Source: Eledone cirrhosa
Taxonomy: Eukaryota
Assembly (NCBI GenBank): GCA_964016885.1
Contig: OZ024745.1
Location: 97,960,001 to 98,024,000, forward strand
Reading direction: 5' to 3'
Length of the DNA stretch: 64,000 bases
Shown here: piece after piece, positions 1-11,600 of the stretch
Layout of the letters: each line of letters opens with the position of its first letter
How positions within the stretch are numbered: the first letter of the stretch is position 1
The notes under the pieces: model-generated
Told to the model about the DNA's origin: nothing
The model's input: the letters and a program-made list of their open reading frames with translations, nothing else
Databases searched by the model: none
Program-made: the position numbers and the translations under genes

Positions 1-3000
1 TTAGTGTTTAGTGAAGGTGTTTGTATTAGTGTTTAGTGAATGTGGTTGTATTCGTGTTTAGTGAATGTGGTTGTATTAGTGTTTACTGAATGTGGTTGTA
101 TTAGTGTTTAGTGTAGGTGGTTTTATTAGTGTTTAATCAAATTGGTAGTCTTAGTGTTTAGTGAAGGTGGTCGTATTAGTGTTTTGTGTAGTTGGTTGGC
201 TTAGTGTTTAGTGTAAGTGGTTATATTAGTGTTTAATCAAAATGGTAGTCTTAGTGTTTAGTGAAGTTGGTTGCATTAGTATTTAGTCAAGGTGGTTGTA
301 TTAGTGTTTAGAGTAGGAAGTGGTTATATTAGTGTTTAGTGAAGGTGGTTGTATTAGTATTTAGTGAAGATGGATGAATTAGTGTTTAATGAAGGTGGTT
401 TTATTAGTGTTTAGTGTAAGTGGTTGTATTAGTGTTTAGTAAAGGTGGTAGTATTAGTGTTTAGTGCAGGTGGTTGTCATAGTGGTTTGTGAAGGTCGTA
501 GTAATAGTGTTTAGTGAAGGTGGTTGTATTAGAGTTTAGTGAAGGTGGTTGTCTTAGTGTTTAGTGAAGTTGGTTGTATTAGTGTTTAGTGAAGGTTGTT
601 GTATTAGTGTTTAGTGTAGGTGATTGTATTAGTGTTTACTGAAGGTGCTAGTATTAGTGTTTAGTGAAGGTGGTTGGATTAGTGTTTAATGTAGGTCGTT
701 GTATTAGTGTTTAGTGAAGGTGGTTGTATTAGTGTTTAGTAAAGGTGGTTGTATTAATGTTTAGTGTAGGTGGTTGTATTAGTGTTTAGTGTAGGTGATT
801 GTATTAGTGTTTACTGAAGGTGCTAGTATTAGTGTTTAGTGAAGGTGGTTGGATTAGTGTTTAATGTAGGTCGTTGTATTAGTGTTTAGTGAAGGTGGTT
901 GTATTAGTGTTTAGCGAAGGTGGTTGTATTAATGTATAGTGTAGGTGGTTGTATTAGTGTTTCGTGAAGGTAGTTGTATTAGTGTTCTGTGAAGGTGGTA
1001 TATTAGTGTTTAGTGTAGGTAGTTGTATTAGTGTTTAGTGTAGGTAGCTGTATTAATGTTTAGTGTAGGTAATTGTATTAATGTTTAGTGTAGGTAATTG
1101 TATTAATGTTTAGTGTAGGTAATTGTATTAATGTTTAGTGTAGGTAGCTGTATTAATGTTTAGTGTAGGTAATTGTATTAATGTTTAGTGTAGGTAATTG
1201 TATTAATGTTTAGTGTAGGTAGTTGTTTTAGTGTTTAGTGTAGGTAGCTGTATTAATGTTTAGTGTAGGTAATTGTATTAATGTTTAGTGTAGGTAGTTG
1301 TATTAGTATTTATTGAAGATAGTAGTATTAGTGTTTAGTGAAGGTGGTTGTATTAGTGTTTCTTGAATGTAGTTGTATTAGTGTTTAGTGAAGGTGGTTG
1401 TATTAGTGTTTAGTGAAGGTGGTTGTATTAGTGTTTAGTGAAGGTGGTTGTATTAGTGTTTAGTGAAGATGGTTGTATTAGTGTTTAGTGAAGGTGGTTG
1501 TATTAGTGTTTAGTGAAGATGGTTGTATTAGTGTTTAGTGAAGATGGTTGTATTAGTGTTTAGTGAAGGTGGTTGTATTAGTGTTTAGTGAAGATGGTTG
1601 TATTAGTGTTTAGTGAAGGTGGTTGTATTAGTGTTTAGTGAAGGTGGTTGTATTAGTGCTTAGTGAAGGTGGTTATATTAGTGTTTAGTGAAGGTGGTTG
1701 TATTAGTGTTTAGTGAAGATGGTTGTATTAGTGTTTAGTGAAGATGGTTGTATTAGTGTTTAGTGAAGATGGTTGTATTAGTGTTTAGTGAAGGTGGTTG
1801 TATTAGTGTTTAGTGAAGATGGTTGTATTAGTGTTTAGTGAAGGTGGTTGTATTAGTGTTCAGTGAAGGTGGTTGTATTAGTGTTTAGTGAAGATGGTTG
1901 TATTAGTGTTTAGTGAAGATTGTTGTATTAGTGTTTAGTGAAGGTGGTTGTATTAGTGTTTAGTGAAGATGGTTGTATTAGTGTTTAGTGAAGATGGTTG
2001 TATTAGTGTTTAGTGAAGGTGGTTGTATTAGTGTTTAGTGAAGTTATTGTTTTAGTGTTTAGTCAAGGTGATTGTATTAGTGTTTAGAGTAGGAAGTGGT
2101 TATATTAGTGTTTAGTGAAGGTGGTTGTATTAGTATTTAGTGAAGATGGATGAATTAGTATTTAATGAAGGTGGTTTTATTAGTGTTTAGTGTAGGTGGT
2201 TGTATTAGTGTTTATTAAAGTGGTAGTATTAGTGTTTAGTCAAGGTGGTTGTATTAGTGTTTAATAAAGATGGTTGTATTTGTGTTTACTGAAGGTGGTT
2301 TTATTAGTGTTTAGTGAAGATGGTTGTATTAGTGTTTAGTGAAGATGGTTGTATTAGTGTTTAGTGAAGGTGGTTGTATTAGTGTTTAGTGAAGATGGTT
2401 GTATTAGTGTTTAGTGAAGGTGGTTGTATTAGTGTTCAGTGAAGGTGGTTGTATTAGTGTTTAGTGAAGATGGTTGTATTAGTGTTTAGTGAAGATTCTT
2501 GTATTAGTGTTTAGTGAAGATGGTTGTATTAGTGTTTAGTGAAGATGGTTGTATTAGTGTTTAGTGAAGGTGGTTGTATTAGTGTTTAGTGAAGTTATTG
2601 TTTTAGTGTTTAGTCAAGGTGATTGTATTAGTGTTTAGAGAAGGTGATTGTACTAGTGTTTAGTGCAGGTGGTTGTATTAGTATTTATTGAAGGTGATTG
2701 TATTAGTGTTTTGTGTAGGAGGTAGTATTAGTGTTTAGTGAAGGTGGTTGTCTTAGTGTTTAGTGAAGGTGGTTGTATTCGTGTTTAGTGAACGTGGTTG
2801 TATTAGTGTTTAGTGAAGGTAGTTGTATTAGTGTTTAGTGTAGGTGGTTTTATTAGTGTTTAATCAAAGTCGTAGTCTTAGTGTTTAGTGAAGGTGGTCG
2901 TATTAGTGTTTTGTGTCGTTGGTTGGCTTAGTGTTTAGTGTAAGTGGTTATATTAATGTTTAATCAAAATGGTAGTCTTAGTGTTTAGTGAAGTTGGTTG

Positions 3001-6000
3001 CATTAGTATTTAGTCAAGGTGGTTGTATTAGTGTTTAGAGTAGGAAGTGGTTATATTAGTGTTTAGTGAAGGTGGTTGTATTAGTATTTAGTGAAGATGG
3101 ATGAATTAGTATTTAATGAAGGTGGTTTTATTAGTGTTTAGTGTAGGTGGTTGTATTAGTGTTTATTAAAGTGGTAGTATTAGTGTTTAGTCAAGGTGGT
3201 TGTATTAGTGTTTAATAAAGATGGTTGTATTTGTGTTTACTGAAGGTGGTTTTATTAGTGTTTAGTGAAGATGGTTGTATTATTGTTTAGTGAAGATGGT
3301 TGTATTAGTGTTTAGTGAAGGTGGTTGTATTAGTGTTTAGTGAAGATGGTTGTATTAGTGTTTAGTGAAGGTGGTTGTATTAGTGTTCAGTGAAGGTGGT
3401 TGTATTAGTGTTTAGTGAAGATGGTTGTATTAGTGTTTAGTGAAGATTGTTGTATTAGTGTTTAGTGAAGGTGGTTGTATTAGTGTTTAGTGAAGATGGT
3501 TGTATTAGTGTTTAGTGAAGATGGTTGTATTAGTGTTTAGTGAAGGTGGTTGTATTAGTGTTTAGTGAAGTTATTGTTTTAGTGTTTAGTCAAGGTGATT
3601 GTATTAGTGTTTAGAGAAGGTGATTGTACTAGTGTTTAGTGAAGGTGGTTGTATTAGTATTTATTGAAGGTGATTGTATTAGTGTTTTGTGTAGGAGGTA
3701 GTATTAGTGTTTAGTGAAGGTGGTTGTCTTAGTGTTTAGTGAAGGTGGTTGTATTCGTGTTTAGTGAACGTGGTTGTATTAGTGTTTAGTGAAGGTAGTT
3801 GTATTAGTGTTTAGTGTAGGTGGTTTTATTAGTGTTTAATCAAAGTCGTAGTCTTAGTGTTTAGTGAAGGTCGTCGTATTAGTGTTTTGTGTCGTTGGTT
3901 GGCTTAGTGTTTAGTGTAAGTGGTTATATTAATGTTTAATCAAAATGGTAGTCTTAGTGTTTAGTGAAGTTGGTTGCATTAGTATTTAGTAAAGGTGGTT
4001 GTATTAGTGTTTAGAGTAGGAAGTGGTTATATTAGTGTTTAGTGAAGGTGGTTGTATTAGTATTTAGTGAAGATGGATGAATTAGTATTTAATGAAGGTG
4101 GTTTTATTAGTGTTTAGTGTAGGTGGTTGTATTAGTGTTTATTAAAGTGGTAGTATTAGTGTTTAGTCAAGGTGGTTGTATTAGTGTTTAATAAAGATGC
4201 TTGTATTTGTGTTTACTGAAGGTGGTTTTATTAGTGTTTAGTGAAGATGGTTGTATTAGTGTTTAGTGAAGATGGTTGTATTAGTGTTTAATGAAGGTAG
4301 TTGTATTAGTGTTTAGTGAAGATGGTTGTATTAGTGTTTAGTGAAGGTGGTTGTATTAGTGTTCAGTGAAGGTGGTTGTATTAGTGTTTAGTGAAGATGG
4401 TTGTATTAGTGTTTAGTGAAGATTGTTGTATTAGTGTTTAGTGAAGGTGGTTGTATTAGTGTTTAGTGAAGATGGTTGTATTAGTGTTTAGTGAAGATGG
4501 TTGTATTAGTGTTTAGTGAAGGTGGTTGTATTAGTGTTTAGTGAAGTTATTGTTTTAGTGTTTAGTCAAGGTGATTGTATTAGTGTTTAGAGAAGGTGAT
4601 TGTACTAGTGTTTAGTGAAGGTGGTTGTATTAGTATTTATTGAAGGTGATTGTATTAGTGTTTTGTGTAGGAGGTAGTATTAGTGTTTAGTGAAGGTGGT
4701 TGTCTTAGTGTTTAGTGAAGGTGGTTGTATTCGTGTTTAGTGAACGTGGTTTTATTAGTGTTTAGTGAAGGTAGTTGTATTAGTGTTTAGTGTAGGTGGT
4801 TTTATTAGTGTTTAATCAAAGTCGTAGTCTTAGTGTTTAGTGAAGGTGGTCGTATTAGTGTTTTGTGTCGTTGGTTGACTTAGTGTTTAGTGTAAGTGGT
4901 TATATTAATGTTTAATCAAAATGGTAGTCTTAGTGTTTAGTGAAGTTGGTTGCATTAGTATTTAGTCAAGGTGGTTGTATTAGTGTTTAGAGTAGGAAGT
5001 GGTTTTATTAGTGTTTAGTGAAGGTGGTTGTCATAGTGGTTTGTGAAGGTGGTTGTAATAGTGTTTAGTGTAGGTAGTTTTATTAGTGTTTAGTGAAGGT
5101 GGTTTTATTAGTGTTTAGTGAAGGTGGTTGTATTAGTGTTTAGTGAAGGTGGTTGTATTAGTGTTTTGTGAAGGTGGTTTTATCAGTGTTTAGTGAAGGT
5201 GGTTGTATTAGTGTTTACTTTAGGTGGTTTTATTAGATTTTTGTGAAGGTGGTTGTATTAGTGTTTAGTGAAGGGGGTTGTATTAGTGTTTAGTGAAGGT
5301 GGTTGTATTAGTGTTTACTTTAGGTGGTTTTATTAGATTTTTGTGAAGGTGGTAGTATTAGTGTTTAGTGAAGGTGGTTGTATTAGTGTTTAGTGAAGAT
5401 GTTTGTATTAGTGTTTAGTGAAGGTGGTTGTATTAGTGTTTAGTGTAGGTGGTTGTATTAGTGTTTACTGAAGGTGGTTGTATTAGTGTTTAGTGAAGGT
5501 GGTAGTATTAGTGTTTAGTGTAGGTGGTTTTATTAGTGTTTAGTGTAGGTGGTTGTATTAGTGTTTACTGAAGGTGCTAGTATTAGTGTTTAGTGAAGGT
5601 GGTTGTATTAGTGTTTAATGTAGGTGGTCGTATTAGTGTTTCGTGAAGGTGGTTGTATTAGTGTTTAGTGTAGGTAATTGTATTAATGTTTAGTGTAGGT
5701 AGTTGTATTAGCGTTTAGTGAAGATGGTAGTATTAGTGTTTATTGAATGTAGTTGTATTAGTGTTTAGTGAAGGTGGTTGTCTTAGTGTTTAGTGAAGGT
5801 GGTAGTATTAGTGTTTAATGAAGGTGGTTGTATTACTGTTTAGTGAAGGTGGTAGTATTAGTGTTTAGTGTAGGTGGTTTTATTAGTGTTTAGTGTAGGT
5901 GGTTGTATTAGTGTTTAGTGAAGGTGGTTGTATTAGTGTTTAGTGAAGATGTTTGTATTAGTGTTTAGTGAAGGTGGTTGTATTAGTGTTTAGTGTAGGT

Positions 6001-7269
6001 GGTTGTATTAGTGTTTACTGAAGGTGGTTGTATTAGTGTTTAGTGAAGGTGGTAGTATTAGTGTTTAGTGTAGGTGGTTTTATTAGTGTTTAGTGTAGGT
6101 GGTTGTATTAGTGTTTACTGAAGGTGCTAGTATTAGTGTTTAGTGAAGGTGGTTGTATTAATGTTTATTGTAGGTGGTCGTATTAGTGTTTAGTGAAGGT
6201 GGTTGTATTAGTGTTTAGTGTAGGTAATTGTATTAATGTTTAGTGTAGGTAGTTGTATTAGCGTTTAGTGAAGATGGTAGTATTAGTGTTTATTGAATGT
6301 AGTTGTATTAGTGTTTAGTGAAGGTGGTTGTCTTAGTGTTTAGTGAAGGTGGTAGTATTAGTTTTTAATGAAGGTGGTTGTATTACTGTTTAGTGAAGGT
6401 GGTAGTATTAGTGTTTAGTGTAGGTGGTTTTATTAGTGTTTAGTGTAGGTGGTTGTATTAGTGTTTACTGAAGGTGCTAGTATTAGTGTTTAGTGAAGGT
6501 GGTTGTATTAGTGTTTAATGTAGGTGGTCGTATTAGTGTTTAGTGAAGATGGTTGTATTAGTGTTTAGTGTAGGTAATTGTATTAATGTTTAGTGTAGGT
6601 AGTTGTATTAGCGTTTAGTGAAGATGGTAGTATTAGTGTTTATTGAATGTAGTTGTATTAGTGTTTAGTGAAGGTGGTTGTATTAGTGTTTAGTGAAGGT
6701 GGTTGTATTAGTGTTTAATGTAGGTGGTCGTATTAGTGTTTAGTGAAGGTGGTTGTATTAGTGTTTAGTGTAGGTAATTGTATTAATGTTTAGTGTAGGT
6801 AGTTGTATTAGCGTTTAGTGAAGATGGTAGTATTAGTGTTTATTGAATGTAGTTGTATTAGTGTTTAGTGAAGGTGGTTGTCTTAGTGTTTAGTGAAGGT
6901 GGTTTGTCTTAGTGTTTAGTGAAGGTGGTTGTATTAGTGTTTAATGAAGGTTTTTGTCTTAGTGTTTAGTGAAGGTGGTTGTATTAGTGTTTAATGAAGG
7001 TTTTTGTCTTAGTGTTTAGTGAAGGTGGTTGTCATAGTGTTTAGTGAAGGTGGTTGTATTAGTGTTTAGTGAAGATGGTTGTATTAGTGTTTAATGAAGG
7101 TGGTTGTCTTAGCGTTTAGTGAAGGTGGTTGTCTTAGTGTTTAGTGAAGGTGAATGTTTTAGTGTTTAGTCAAGGTGGTTGTATTAGTGTTTAGTGAAGG
7201 TGGTTGTATTAGTGTTTAATGAAGATGGTTGTATTAGTGTTTAGTGAAGGTGGTTGTCTTAGTGTTTAT
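1..7269. repeat. 25-bp satellite array (consensus TAGTGTTTAGTGAAGGTGGTTGTAT), ~290 copies, truncated by the window start
   Basis: 25-bp periodicity is directly visible (e.g. 1381-2040). The + strand is almost C-free. Rare variants recur at 976-bp spacing (AAGTTATTG at 2592/3568/4544; TAGGAAG at 3041/4017/4993). Confidence 0.98.
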
Positions 7270-7272
7270 GCG

Positions 7273-7416
7273 AGGAGAAAGTTGATTAAATCGACCATGT
7301 AAGAATAAAAGGCAAAACTAACCTCGGTGAGATTTGAATTTAGAACCTAAAGAGCCGTAACTCTATGTTGCAAAGCATGGTGTCCGATGCTCTACCGATA
7401 CTGCCAATCCACCGCT
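7273..7416 (-). mobile_element. tRNA-derived SINE, family 1 (partial)
   Basis: The reverse complement reads GCGGTGGATTGGCAGTATCGGTAGAGC...TTCAAATCTCACCGAGGTTAG..., homologous to the copies at 55061, 60634 and 63164. Degenerate A/B boxes. Resembles octopus SINEs (recall). Confidence 0.85.
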
Positions 7417-7427
7417 CTAATATTAAT

Positions 7428-7623
7428 GGTTTCTTATATAGACCCTAGGCCAGTAATATGGGGGACGGGGATAGTCGATTAAATCGACCCCAGTACGTTA
7501 CAGGTACTTTATTTTATCGACCCCGTAAGCCTCGGCAGGATTTGAAATCAGACCTTAAAGAGCCGTAACTCTATGCTGCAAAGCTGGCGTCCAACTCTCT
7601 ATCGATACGGCCAATCCACCACC
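7428..7623 (-). mobile_element. tRNA-derived SINE, family 1 (second tandem copy)
   Basis: Same head and body as 7273-7416, plus the GGGGTCGATAAAATAAAGTACC...CTGGGGTCGATTTAATCGAC block. Confidence 0.85.
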
Positions 7624-7632
7624 CTCATCGCC

Positions 7633-7634
<2 letters not shown>

Positions 7635-7667
<33 letters not shown>
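7635..7667. repeat. (AAT)11 microsatellite, 3' flank/TSD of the Tx1-like LINE
   Basis: 33 nt of perfect AAT; same length as 13664-13696. Confidence 0.95.
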
Positions 7668-7669
<2 letters not shown>

Positions 7670-7929
7670 TTTCTTTATTAACCACAAGGGTTTACATAAA
7701 GTAGACATTAAGGACAGTGCAGGACAATGCAGGACGGTACAAATGGGCATTTCTGCGTGTAAAAAACAAAAACAGAGGATGTAACAAAAAATAACAATGA
7801 AAATAACAATGAAAAATTCCCCAATAGGGGGGAGACTTCGGAGGAACATTTGTGGAGAAAGCCCAGTAAAAAGCCACAATGACCCTGACCACCAAGGCAA
7901 GTGCCCTCTCCCAGTTTTCCACCTTTAAT

Positions 7930-8631
7930 TTACAGATATATACTCAGAGTAGGCCCATTCACTCGAGCCATTCTTGCTTCTCTCACCCATCTTTCAACAA
8001 AATGCTGGGAAGAGAGCACTTCCCTCTCTACTCTGATTTTCCTTTTCAAATGAAATTTGAAAAAGTCAATCAGAGCATCACCGAAGAGGTAAGTGCTCGT
8101 CTTCAGCCCTTTCAAACGTGTCCACCATACTATCTCTTTCGCCGTGGCCACCAGACAGATAAAAACTGCCTGCCCTTCCCGGCTAAAGGAGGAGGGTGGG
8201 GCAATCCTCACGATGGACTCAGATGATAGCCGGATCCGTCCTAAACGCGACAGCAGGTGTTCGACATAAACCCACAAGTCAGCAATTTTCGGACACTGGA
8301 CGAGTGCGTGCAGGACGGTTTCGTCGCCCTGCGCGCATCTCGGACATGCCCGGCTGACGGCACCTCCATGCCTGTAGAGTTTATCCCGAACTGGCAAGGC
8401 TCCTCGGTAGCACTGCCAGGCCAGAGATTTCTGGAAGTTGTCCATAGGCCCCGGCCCGAAAGTTCTTCCGAAGAGATTGGCTAGTTGATTTTCGTCGACG
8501 CCTAGAGTTTCCCCAAGTACGTCGTCGCTCTTACTCTCCACTAATCCTCTATAGAACGCCGAGGTGGAGTTTCCACCGATCACATTGCCCGATTGGTCGA
8601 GGGCTGTGAGCGCCTGAAGACATTCCGGTCT
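7930..8631 (-). pseudogene. C-terminal continuation of the LINE polyprotein (zf-RVT-like), cut off by one in-frame stop
   Basis: Same frame as 8632-13449. Hand translation across the stop gives GSA*RPECLQALTALDQSGNVIGGN..., consistent with TGG>TAG. Contains CPRCAQGDETVLHALVQCP. Confidence 0.9.
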
Positions 8632-11600
8632 CTAAGCGCTCCCTCTCGGTATTCCCTTGACCCAGGACTGCAGCTCCGTCAAGGAAACGAGCTGGGGAAA
8701 TACGCGCCTAGCAAACGGCGACCACACCTGATCACCGTCGAGGAAGAGGTGGAGATGTCGTAGCCTGAGCGCGTGCCTGCGCATCATCAGCCACGGCATG
8801 CCCAGCCCTCCACGTAGCGGGTGTTGACAACAGATGGACCGCCTGACCATCGGAGCACGTCCCTTCCACAAAAAGCGAAAAAGCAAACGCTCCAGCGCAG
8901 TCAGGCGAGGCTTAGGACAAGGTACGACGGTCAGGCGGTAGCAGATGACAGACGCGATGTACGCGTTAGCCACCTCCGCTCGACCTTTCAGGGATAGCTT
9001 CCTCTCCGCCCATTTCTGGGTGAGAGAAGCCACCCTGCTCGTCACCTCGTCCCAGTTTTTGTCCGTCTGGAGGTCCGGACCGAACCAGACCCCTAGCAAT
9101 TTAACCGGTCCGTCCGTCCAGCGTCCGACGACGCTGTTGGACGGCATGGACCTGCCTCTCCAGGTGCCGAGCTGCAGGCCCACTGACTTTTCCTGGTTGA
9201 TCATTGCTCCTGTCACCGCTTCGTATTCTCTTAGTGTAGTGCCGATCGCCTCGATGTGTTTGGCGTTCGACACCACTACGGTGACATCGTCCGCATATGC
9301 TGACACGGATCTTCCGCATCCTAGTTCGCGCGGGACTCCCCTCAACGTCTCCAGTTTGTGCAGTAATGGCTCGAGAGTCAATACGTACAAGAGGGACGAG
9401 AGGGGACATCCTTGGCGGACCGAGCGCATGATGTTGAACGGTTCCGACAGGTGACCGTTCACTCTCACCACAGAGCAGATGTCGCTGTGCATGGCAGCGA
9501 TCCAGCCTCTGAAGACGGGCCCAAAGCCAGCCGCCCTCAGGACTGCCGCTAGGTAACGATGGTCGACCCTATCGAAAGCTTTCGACTGATCTAAATTGAT
9601 CAAGGACCCACCCGTGCCAGGTTCCTTAGCTACCCTCTCTATGATGTATCGCATGAGGTGGAGGTTGTCGTGGATGGATCTGTCGGAAATGGCGCATGTC
9701 TGCGCCTCTCCCACCAGACCACCAACGACAAGCGCCAACCTCTTTGCTAGCACCTTGGCCAAAATCTTGAACTCTGTGTTTAGCAGAGTTATGGGCCGGA
9801 AATTGTCTATGTTATCCCCCTTGTTCGGATCCTTTCTCAGCAGTGCCACCGCTCCTCGGCTCACAGAACTGGGAATTCTCCCGTTCTGTTGCCAGTTGCA
9901 GTAGACGTCCGCCAAGAGGCCTCCGAACAAGTCTGGCATCTGTACGTAAAGTTCATAGGGCAGACCATCCAAACCAGGCGATTTACCCCTTGTGCAGCCA
10001 GTCATTGCCTCCCTTACTTCAGCGGCTGTTATCGGCTTTTCGCAACACTTCGCCTCAGTGGCCGAGAGCCGCGGCAGTCCGTCGAGGTAGACACTAAAGT
10101 CCATCCCTCTACCCGGCCCACCGCTTCCCCCGAACAGCTGAGCGAAGTGTCGCTGAAAAGCTTCACACATTTGCCCGGGATCGAGTAGCATGCGCCCGTC
10201 GTGGTCCACCAAAGACCGGATCGTGGCTTTGTTGCCACGACGCGCCTCCGCCACTCGGGCCCATTGAACGGCTTTCATCCCCTCGTGTCTGAGAGCACGC
10301 ACCCTTGCTCTGACAACGCAGCCTTCGTGCTTTGCATTGAAGAATTGGTCAAGGGCCAATTTCGCCGCAAGCACGTCGGTCGCAATGCCTTTGCTAAGCG
10401 CCTCGTCTAATTTTCTAACTAGTTCTCCCTCTGCTCTATTTTTCTCTATTGCTAAAGCCTTACTAAACCTAATCGATTCTATTCTAATCGCTCTTTTCAG
10501 AGCAAACCACCACTTGTTGTTGACGATGGCCCCCGTCAACGCCCGCTTAACTAGTTCGCTAATCCGGTCTCTGTAGGCCTTGCGCGCTGGTAAGGACGCG
10601 TTTAGCTTCCAGTAGCCGGGTCCTCGTCTATGAAGCCTATCTAAGTCAAGCACACAGATCACGAATTTGTGGTCCGTGTAGCTGACTATCTTGAATTGTG
10701 GACAGCCTATGCTAGACCTATCTATTTCCCTACAAAATACTCTATCTAGATATGATCTGGATGACCCTATGCGGTTTGTCCAAGTCCACATTGGCACATT
10801 CGGGAAATCCAATCGGTACCTGTCAGACAGTTCAAAACGCCTGAGCAGGTTGGTGAGGCTCTTGCACCCTCCACCCCTATCCGCTAATCCCACACAGTCC
10901 CAGCATGCATCTAAGATCCCGTTCCAGTCGCCCACTAACACTAAAGAGCGGGACGTTCCAAGAAAGGTCTCCAGACGCCGGAAGAAATCAGGCCGCCCTG
11001 CTCCTGTCGGGGCATAGACGGCCACTAGCCTGAAAGCTTGCCCGTCTCCGCTGGTCACGTCCAGCACCACCAGCTTACCCTCTGGGTCCAGGAAGATGGC
11101 CCGTATGGCGAGATCCAAACCTCTCCGAAAAAGCACAGCAACTCCTCCACCCGATCCAGGACGGCTGGGAGATGCGTACACATCGTAGCCGCCGAAGATC
11201 GGTGCGAAGGCCCGTGCTTCGGAGATTCTGGTCTCGCTGATGGCCACTACATCTATGTTTAGTGACCTGAGGTCGTTGAGCAGGTGACCCTGCTTCCATG
11301 ACGACCCCAAGCCACGCGCATTTATGCTGCCTATTCTGAGTGAGGTCATGTTTAAAATAGAGTGGAAAAGATGGGAAAGACCACTTACCGTACTTTTGGT
11401 AGAGGAGGGATGGTTTTTACATCCCTTTTCACTTGATCGTCTGGTGAAGGGACCGTTGAATCGTCCCTTCGGCTGGTCTGAATATACTCTTCGATTGATG
11501 GTTCCTCCTAGGTCCCTGAAATCACCAACTGCGTTGGGGAATTTCGTTTTAATGTTTGTGTATTGTTTCTGTGCTATTTTTAGCAGTCTTATGTTAGTTG

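Noticed and set aside
1-7269. True telomere
   Set aside because: No TTAGGG tracts, the unit is 25 bp, and the orientation is wrong for a left chromosome end.
8632-8634. Programmed stop-codon readthrough in the Tx1-like or Dong-like ORFs
   Set aside because: Single substitutions (TGG>TAG here; probably TCA>TAA at 14858-14860) explain both, and there is no evidence of conservation from one copy each.
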